Below are positions 56,801 to 64,000 of a stretch of DNA of 64,000 nucleotides, piece by piece (position 1 is the stretch's first letter; each line of letters opens with the position of its first letter). The stretch comes from Podarcis melisellensis. Lineage: Eukaryota. Made by a program: the position numbers and the translations under genes. The notes beneath the pieces were generated by a model. The model saw only the letters and a list, made by a program, of their open reading frames with translations. It had not been told where the DNA came from and searched no databases. The stretch is from NCBI GenBank assembly GCA_964234715.1, contig OZ174288.1; one strand, 5' to 3'.

Positions 56801-58499
56801 CGCCCCTCAGCTGTCCCTCAACACACCTTGACATCCTGCTCGGCGATGGTGACAATCCCCTCGCGCATGAAGAGCCCATAGTCCTCAAAGAACTTGGCGT
56901 ACTTCTCGGGGTCCTTCTTGCTCTGCTCAATGAAGAACTTGATCAGCCTCTGCTGCAAGACTCCTCGGAGCTTCCTGCAGGACAACACTCAACATCAGGG
57001 AGATGGGGGGGGGATAAGTGCCTGGAAGCCCCAAAGATTAAAAGAGGGGCAGGAGAGACAGCGGAGGAAAGACTGCAGACAGTGATGGACTGAAGGATCT
57101 CTGGCCGGGAGGAGGGTTTCTATTCTTTCCCCCCTTCACCAAAAGATTTGCCTAGGTGCCATGTGCAATCTAAGTGAAGTCGGCATTGCTCTGAAGAAAT
57201 TCTGAAGAAAGAAAAATGGCAGACAAAATTAATGGACTATGCACAATTGGACAAAATGACCGGAAGGATTCAAAACCTGCAGAACCAGAGATTTACAGAA
57301 GATTGGAAGAAGTATATGAACTATTTGAAGAGCAATTGTAAGCAACAAATCACGCTAGTAGGACTACAAGACGTTTTGTAAGGAGAAATATACAAAGTGT
57401 TACAATGCAGAAAAAGATAGAGATATTGGATACGAGTTTGAAATGTAATAAAGAAAATAAGAAATGCACACTAAGAGATTAGGCTGGAAAATTTTCAGAC
57501 AGGACTGATGGAAGTAAAAAAAAAATTGAATAAGATGTAAAAGTATGTTTAATTACTGCTGAAAATGATATGTTTAAAAATAAAAGTTTATATATATATA
57601 AAAGAAGAAGTTGGCATTCCTCTGTGACCAAGAAGCCTCCCAAAGGCATTTTGACCAATCGCACCTCTGCCTGCTGGGATCCCAATTCCTGGCATTAGCC
57701 ACAACAGGTGCCGGGGCTGATGGGAGCAGGAGTCGCAGCAACACCGGGAGGGCCCCAATCCCTGCCCCCTGGCGACCAAGAAGGGAGCAGACCTGCAGGA
57801 GAAGGAGCCAGGGCCCAGCCCAAAGGAGCAGCCAGGAAAGGGGGACCCCATTTTTCTGGCAAAGGGTGTCTAAGGAGGCAACAGAAATCCCTGGGTTAAA
57901 GCTGAGCAAAAGTCCAGAGGTAGCCCTGTTATCAATTGACGATGGGCTGGAAGGGTTGCAGGCGATGAAGGACTTGCTCACAAATTTATTGACAGCTGCG
58001 CAAGTTATTACAGCTGGGAAGTGGAAGGGGCAAGGTGAATATAAAATGGAAGAATGGTATAAAGAGGTATGGGATGTAGCTATTAATGATACATTAACAT
58101 GTGCCACTAAGGTAAGACGGGGAATACTCAGGAGAAACGACTCTGAGGAGATACGGAGGGTGTTTGTAGAATTTGTACTGTTAGAACGGAAAGGGGTCAA
58201 ACCATCGCAAGAGGTGTTGAAATTTTGGGAGGTTGGATAGTTACAATGGAATGGTCTCAGTGGTGGGGTGCACATGTTTATTCTTATTTTTTATTATTAC
58301 TTTGTCAAAAAAAAAGAAAAAGGAAAGGGGTGTCGTGAATTCTCCGTGGCGCTTTAGCAGAAATGCTCAGAGTTCCAGGTTCTTCAGTGCAGTATATTTA
58401 TTGTGAGCTATATCCACAAATATCTACAGGTTATATACACTAGCAGTTCATACAGTCAAACAGAGTACCTGGCTGCACTTTAAGGCAAATAGGAAGACC

Positions 58500-58553
<54 letters not shown>

Positions 58554-60251
58554 CACACTCCTCTACACCACCACCTTTACTGCTGGACAGCTTTCCCTTT
58601 TAAACCGACGACAGCCAATCTACTGACAGCACACTACTGCCGAGTCATTCTGACCCAGCACTTGCATAGAAAGTATTGCAGGCTGACTGCATCAGCCAGC
58701 CGCATCAGCCAGCAAACTCTATCCTGCAGACTTACTATCTCACACAGCATTCTGTGAATCCCGACAAGGGGAACCTTGGGGGGCCACTGCCAGTCAGAGC
58801 AGCCAACACTGGGCAGGGCAGACCAACAGCCTGCCTTGGGGGAAGGCGGATCAGTGAGCGGAGCCTCACGCGCCCCCTTGGAGGCCACGGCAGAATCGCT
58901 TCCAGGAAAGCCCCAGGGCCGGAGGGCGGGCAGGTGCGCACATGGACACAGCCCGCAGGTAGCTCACCTGACGAGTGCGCTCTCCTGGAGCAGCTCCCGG
59001 CTGAGGTTCAGAGGGAGATCTTCGCTGTCCACGACTCCTGCACCAAACAGAGGGAGGGGCAGCGTCAGGGGCAGGGAGGGCAAGGGGGAGCTGTGGCCCA
59101 GAAACAACCCCCCTGCCCGCCCCAGGGCACCTGCAAAGGGGAGGGTGGCTACCTTTCAGGAAGCGGAGCCATTTCGGCAAGATGTCTGCGGCTTTGGTCA
59201 GGATGAGGACCTTGCGGCTGTAGAGAGCGACGCTGGAGCCCAGCTCCCGGCTGACGTCAAACATGGAGGGCTTCTAGAGGCACAGGAAGTCACAATAATG
59301 GTGTTATTCTTTCTACCCCACCCATCTGACTGGGTTGCCCAGGTTGAAACCGGATGTTCTGCCAGGTGGGAGGGACCCAGCTCAACCTCCATCCTGGGGT
59401 GGGGCTGCCCCCCTCCTGCAGACCACCCCTCAGTGCCTCTGGAAGGCAGTGGGGAGACCCCCAGGGCCCTCACCGCCCCCGGGACGTAGAAGATGCTGCG
59501 GATGTTGAGAGGCGCGTCTGTCTTGTAATGCAGGATGTAGCGCGGCTCGTCGTAGGCCTGAGCAATGAAGCGGTAGAACTCCTTGTGCTGCCAGTCCCCA
59601 ATGTCCTTTGGCTCCAGGGTCCAGAGGGCCTGCACAGAGGGAGGGGGAACAGGGGGGCAGAGGCTGCTGAGGCATTCAGAGGGCACAAGGGACAGCCAAT
59701 GTCACTGCTGCCAGGAGGAGTTTGGTCCAGAGGCGAGCCCAAAACACCCCGAGGCTCCAGGCAGAATAGCAAAGGGGAGCCCAGAATAATTCTCCTGCCC
59801 CCAAAGCGGACCAAGAATGGGACTAGGAGGACATTGGCAACCTTCTCCAAGCCACTACCCCACCCTGAAATTAAAAGGCCATGGGAAGAGGACCCGGCAT
59901 TGAGAAGCATCCCCCACTGTCCTTCTGGCAACTCACAGGAGAGAGCAAATGTTGCCCCTGTGCTCCAGAGGGGGGGCTGCTCCTCAGAGCCACTTGCACC
60001 GGACCCCCACAAAGCCCAGGGAGAAGGCAAAATCCCAGGCAGGGCTTCCTGGCCCAGAGCCTTTCCTAAGAGCCGGCTCCTCCTGACCAGCACCTTGTTC
60101 TGAGCAGGGCGGAAGAGGACCGTGAGGCTTCATTTTAATGTTGTACTTGAATCTTGCTTTTAAGTTGTATTTTAATCAATTGTTTTTATACCTGGTGTTA
60201 GCCGCCCTGAGCCCGGTCTTGGCTGGGGAGGGCGGGGTATACTTAACATCA

Positions 60252-60299
<48 letters not shown>

Positions 60300-63200
60300 T
60301 GCATGTTTGGGGCCCAAGCAGCGCAAGTCTGCAGCCGCCTTACCTGCATGGCATTAACACGTCGACCGTTGAGGAAGAGGGGGTAGCCAACGAAGTTGCT
60401 GTACTTTGTGATGACCTCTAGCGGAAGGAAGGAAGGGGTTTGATGATCAACCTTGGTCAACAGCCCTGCCCGGGACACCCAAACTCCAGAGGTGCCCACT
60501 GGCCCACCCACCCAAGGGGAGCCCAGAAACACGGTGGACCAGCCCACTAGGAAAGGAAAGGCAGGGCTGGATGCTGTGGGGATCCTGCAAGGCAGAACCG
60601 TGAGCACATTGAAGTCCACCACAGGTATGTTGCTCATGGAGGGCCGGAAGGGATCAGAAAGGCCCCCACCCCCGCTTCTCAACCTGGCACTTAACAAGCC
60701 CAGAAGCCAGTGACCGTGAACATACGCCATGCCAACGGTCCAATTTGAGCCAATAACTGCCCGCTTTGGGTGGCAGCTCTTTGGAGTTCTGGTCTTCACA
60801 GGAGATGCTGCCAGAGACCAAAACTGGGAGCTTCTAGGTGCACAGCCTTTCTCCCCCTCACAGACACCCCCTCCCCAAGCCAACCCCCACCAAGCCACCC
60901 TGGGGAACCCCAACCAGGCGCAGGGCAATCACCTTTGACGCGCTCCTCGTTGGCGAACTCCTTGCAGTCTTCCTTCAGGTGGAGAATTATTTTCGTCCCT
61001 GGTTGAACTCCAGAGGCTTCCGAGATCTCAAATGTCCCAGAACTAGGATTAGAAAACCGTTTCCTTAATAACAGTTTGAACAATTTATTTAACTAAAACA
61101 ATAACGTTACAGTATATATATCCATGTTTGTTGACTTATGTGGTTAATTTTTTTTTAAAAAAAAAACCACACTAGACTGAGTTTTAGTATGGACTATAAT
61201 GCAACTTAAATAGAATACTATCTTTAGAAAGATTTTTTTCCTCAAAAAGCATTTTATTTTAAAAATCCAATTTAAATAGAAAAAATCTTATTTAAATTTT
61301 AAAAAATCCAAGATTTCTGCCCGCACCCTACACTTCCTCCTGCCTGCCGCCCAGGCTTGCCCAGGTCCCTCCGGAGCACCACTTACCCATCCGAGTGCCA
61401 GCAGTACCCAGGGCTGCCTGGCTCTGCTGACTGTGAGAAAACTTCCACCCGATCCGCCACCATGAAGGCCGAGTAGAAGCCCACTCCAAACTGGCCAATG
61501 ATCCTGCTGCCGGCTTCCGCCTGGCTCCGCAACGTCTCCAGGAAGGCCTGTGAACACAAAGGCCCTTGCTTGCAGCCAGGCTGCCCTGACAGATGTCTAG
61601 CCACTTCCCAACCACTCAAAGGGGGGTCACCAAGGTGCCAGGTGCCAGAGTCCCCTCTCCTTGTAGCCTCAGGGATTGCCCTGCCCTGGAACTGTGGCAA
61701 GCCTAGCTGTACCCCCAGAGCCTGCACCCGCTGCCCCAAAGCCTCCTGCCCTGTTACCTTGGAGCCAGACCTGGCAATGGTCCCAAGATTAGAGATTAGC
61801 TCCTCCTGGGTCATCCCGATGCCTGTGTCCTGCAGGGAAGAGAATGGCAAAGACATCCGTGTCATGTCCTGGCCCCCACTTTGGGATAGGGAGGGCAACA
61901 CTCCCCCATCCGCACAGACTCGGGCAAGAGAGACATTCCGCAGCAGCATTGTTTCTAGCTGTTTATGAGAGATCAGCTCTGATCTGAGCAAAGCACCAGA
62001 AGGTGGGGTCTATGGGGTTCAGCGCCAAGGTCAGAAGTCAAGTCAGGGCCAAATCCCACCAGACACCAAGCTCATTGGGTAGCTGTGGCCAAGGCCACGT
62101 CTCAAAGCTAGGCAGAATCCCCCCACCAGTCCCCCTTGGGCCAGAGGCAGCAAAATCTCTCCAGTCCAGCGACCTTCCTTGGCAGCCCTGGACAAGGAGT
62201 AGGAACAACTAGAGAAGTCTGGGGAGTTCTGGCGCAAGTCATCCACTCAGCAGCAATACCTGGATGGTGATGGTTCCTTGTTTGGAGTCTGTCTCAAGGT
62301 GGATTTCCAGTTCTGGCAGGATCTCCCCTTTGGACATCAGCTTGTGGCGCAATTTTTCTAAAGCATCACTGCAGTTGGAGATCAGCTCTCGGATAAACAC
62401 CTGCAGGGAGAGGCCACGTTGATGCAAACGGGGACCACAGAGACAGCAGGGGAGCGGCTCTCGAGTGTGGAGCAGCGCCCCATCCCAGATGGAAGCGGCT
62501 CATGCCTTCCACCCCCACTAGCCAAGGGCAGGGGAGACTCCACACACTGTAGCAGCAGGCATCCCCTAGAGCAGAGTTTTCCAAACTGTGTATCGTGACA
62601 TGTTAGTGTGTCAGCTGCAGTAATGCTGGTGGTTAACAAAAGAGGTTTAAAGACTGTCTCAAGGCAAATCTTTAAAAATGTAGTATAAACACCAGCAATT
62701 GGGAAACCCTTGCCTGTGAGTGCTCCAACTGGAGAACAGCCTTTATCAAAGGTGTCATGGGCTTTGAAGACACTCGAACTCAAGACACAGGGGAGAAATG
62801 AGCTAAGAGGAAGGCAAGCTTGGCAAATCCACTCCATGATCAACTCCCGCCCGGAATCCAATGTCCCCACTGTGGAAGGACGTAAGGATCCAGCATTGGC
62901 CTCCACACTCACTTACGGACTCATTGTTAAAATCGTGTTTATGGAAGACAAGCTACGAGGGATCGCCAAAGAAGAAGAAGCAGGTATGTCACATGAATGC
63001 TCCCTACACTCATCCCAGAGCTAGAAAGGGGTTAGTTTAACCTCCGGTTTGCTAGCAAAACTGAATTTCTCTGTCATGAAATGATGCACATCTAAAAAGT
63101 GTGTCACCAACATGCAAACTTTGTTGGAGCTACCCTGGATTTGCAAGCAGACTGCACTGCCGCCCCAGTCTGATCTGACTCCTCAAGCCCTTCAACTGGG

Positions 63201-63976
63201 AGCCTGTTCTGGTCCTTGCAGTTCCCAGGGAAGCTCCACGGACTGTGGAGTGTGCAGCTTTGAGGAAAGACATGTTGGGCAAGGCGCTACATCAGCCAAA
63301 TTCCCTAAGAGGTACAAGGACTGCTTCCCAACTGAGGTGAGAGGAGGGCTGAGTCTGTAACGCAGCGCACCTGCTTTCCACTAACCTGGGGAAACTAACC
63401 AACCCACTGCAGAAGAGGTGCAATGAAGCCTCCAAATGTCTGCATTTGGAAAGTTGCTTCAAATTAAGGCAGCAGCCACTACCAGGGCTCAGGATCCCCC
63501 AACGAGGAGTTAGGGTCAAGCCAGCGCAGCAGGCATGGGCAGTGGCAGGCGCTGGCTCTGCCCTGCAAAAGGACCCTTGGGATGCACCAGGGCAGGAGCA
63601 GCCAGCCTACCTCCTTCTCCGAGTAGAGAGAGCGGGCCACGATATCCAGCAGCTGCTTGGTCTCTGCTTGAAACTCGTGCCTGGAGGCAGAACCTGCAAG
63701 ATGGAGAGAAGGGAGAGGAAAGGGCTGCTGCTGTTGTTCTTGGCAAAGGGCTGCCCCTTTGCCCCCCACAGCAGGGCCCAGGAAAGAGCGTGGCTTGACT
63801 CAGGGGAGGGGGAGCCTGACCTGGGACTGCCTCGGGGTTGCTGGTCAGTCGATGGAGCGGAGGGGCCTCCTCGTCACTCTGGGCAGCTTGCGAGCTGTAA
63901 CTCTTCCTGGACGCCCAGCTCAGCCCTGGAGGCAGCAGCGGAGGGGCCGGTCGGGGCAGGAGTACGGCCCTTGGAC
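53789..63976 (-). CDS. TRAP1: TNF receptor-associated protein 1 (mitochondrial HSP90/HSP75), exons 2-18; exon 1 lies beyond the window
   Basis: Exons 63976-63821, 63693-63611, 62400-62260, 61829-61758, 61547-61387, 61042-60933, 60417-60344, 59629-59474, 59273-59153, 59037-58968, 56974-56827, 56612-56427, 56238-56100, 55852-55767, 54839-54694, 54454-54382, 53890-53789. Motifs [50 protein letters not shown]; no MEEVD tail. Confidence 0.97.
54382..54454 (-). CDS. TRAP1: TRAP1 exon 17
   Basis: [24 protein letters not shown]; 73 nt. Confidence 0.95.
54694..54839 (-). CDS. TRAP1: TRAP1 exon 16
   Basis: [29 protein letters not shown]...LQPTLEIN; 146 nt. Confidence 0.96.
55160..55733 (+). mobile_element. 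L2 LINE 3' fragment
   Basis: [61 protein letters not shown]. Confidence 0.88.
55767..55852 (-). CDS. TRAP1: TRAP1 exon 15
   Basis: [19 protein letters not shown]; 86 nt. Confidence 0.94.
56100..56238 (-). CDS. TRAP1: TRAP1 exon 14
   Basis: [24 protein letters not shown]; 139 nt. Confidence 0.96.
56427..56612 (-). CDS. TRAP1: TRAP1 exon 13
   Basis: [12 protein letters not shown]...[23 protein letters not shown]; 186 nt. Confidence 0.96.
56827..56974 (-). CDS. TRAP1: TRAP1 exon 12
   Basis: [14 protein letters not shown]...[18 protein letters not shown]; 148 nt. Confidence 0.96.
57160..57605 (+). mobile_element. L1 3' end
   Basis: [25 protein letters not shown]; AATAAA and A-rich end. Confidence 0.7.
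57850..58318 (+). mobile_element. Second L1-family ORF2 C-terminus/3' end
   Basis: [31 protein letters not shown]; poly(A) at 58307-58320. Confidence 0.65.
58331..58766 (-). mobile_element. Solo LTR (436 bp) with internal (CT)n
   Basis: TGTCG...CGACA; 5-bp TSD AGGGG (58326-58330 and 58767-58771); TTTATT near 58397 gives the minus orientation. Confidence 0.8.
58968..59037 (-). CDS. TRAP1: TRAP1 exon 11
   Basis: [21 protein letters not shown]; 70 nt. Confidence 0.96.
59153..59273 (-). CDS. TRAP1: TRAP1 exon 10
   Basis: [24 protein letters not shown]...LPKWLRF; 121 nt. Confidence 0.96.
59474..59629 (-). CDS. TRAP1: TRAP1 exon 9
   Basis: ALW...[34 protein letters not shown]; 156 nt. Confidence 0.96.
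60254..60298. repeat. (TTA)n microsatellite (L2-type tail)
   Basis: Follows AGCCGCCCTGAG..GGGCGGGGTATA. Confidence 0.85.
60344..60417 (-). CDS. TRAP1: TRAP1 exon 8
   Basis: [24 protein letters not shown]; 74 nt. Confidence 0.95.
60933..61042 (-). CDS. TRAP1: TRAP1 exon 7
   Basis: [29 protein letters not shown]; 110 nt. Confidence 0.95.
61387..61547 (-). CDS. TRAP1: TRAP1 exon 6
   Basis: [21 protein letters not shown]; 161 nt. Confidence 0.96.
61758..61829 (-). CDS. TRAP1: TRAP1 exon 5
   Basis: [24 protein letters not shown]; 72 nt. Confidence 0.96.
62260..62400 (-). CDS. TRAP1: TRAP1 exon 4
   Basis: [19 protein letters not shown]; 141 nt. Confidence 0.96.
63611..63693 (-). CDS. TRAP1: TRAP1 exon 3
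   Basis: [27 protein letters not shown]; 83 nt. Confidence 0.96.
63821..63976 (-). CDS. TRAP1: TRAP1 exon 2 (end of mitochondrial presequence)
   Basis: ...[32 protein letters not shown]; 156 nt, phase 1-1. Confidence 0.85.
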
Positions 63977-64000
63977 CTGGAACGGAAGAAGCATTGGGTG

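Noticed and set aside
60176-60928. 250-aa ORF with poly-Asn
   Set aside because: Read-through of TRAP1 introns around exon 8; the poly-N is the (TTA)n tail

Overview
Vertebrate nuclear DNA, almost certainly from a squamate and probably a lacertid lizard (two Sauria-type SINEs, plus a squamate-style mix of L1, L2, CR1, Penelope and MITE repeats). The window holds three spliced genes, reconstructed by hand from GT-AG boundaries with consistent phases. (1) The 3' two-thirds of CREBBP (+ strand, homologues of human exons 11-31, 1148-35153, then a long 3'UTR). (2) An apparently complete, compact SLX4/FANCP (- strand, about 1429 aa, 50667-38879; the first two exons are tentative). (3) TRAP1 exons 2-18 (- strand, 63976-53789). 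Most ORFs in the supplied track are intronic noise or shadow frames. Main points for a second look: the SLX4-TRAP1 block is inverted relative to CREBBP compared with human, and DNASE1 is missing from its human position. That gap is instead filled by nested LTRs carrying a Penelope fragment with an intact GIY-YIG nuclease ORF and a minimal hammerhead ribozyme. A hAT-type MITE places two ZNF143/THAP11 motifs in the SLX4 promoter. A solo LTR carries a ~200-codon open frame. An oddly built L1 sits in CREBBP. CREBBP has an in-frame alternative acceptor in the RING region and a Ser-to-Trp change in the HAT domain. I cannot demonstrate a new biological system; these are hypotheses. Human exon sizes and gene order are recalled from memory, not searched.
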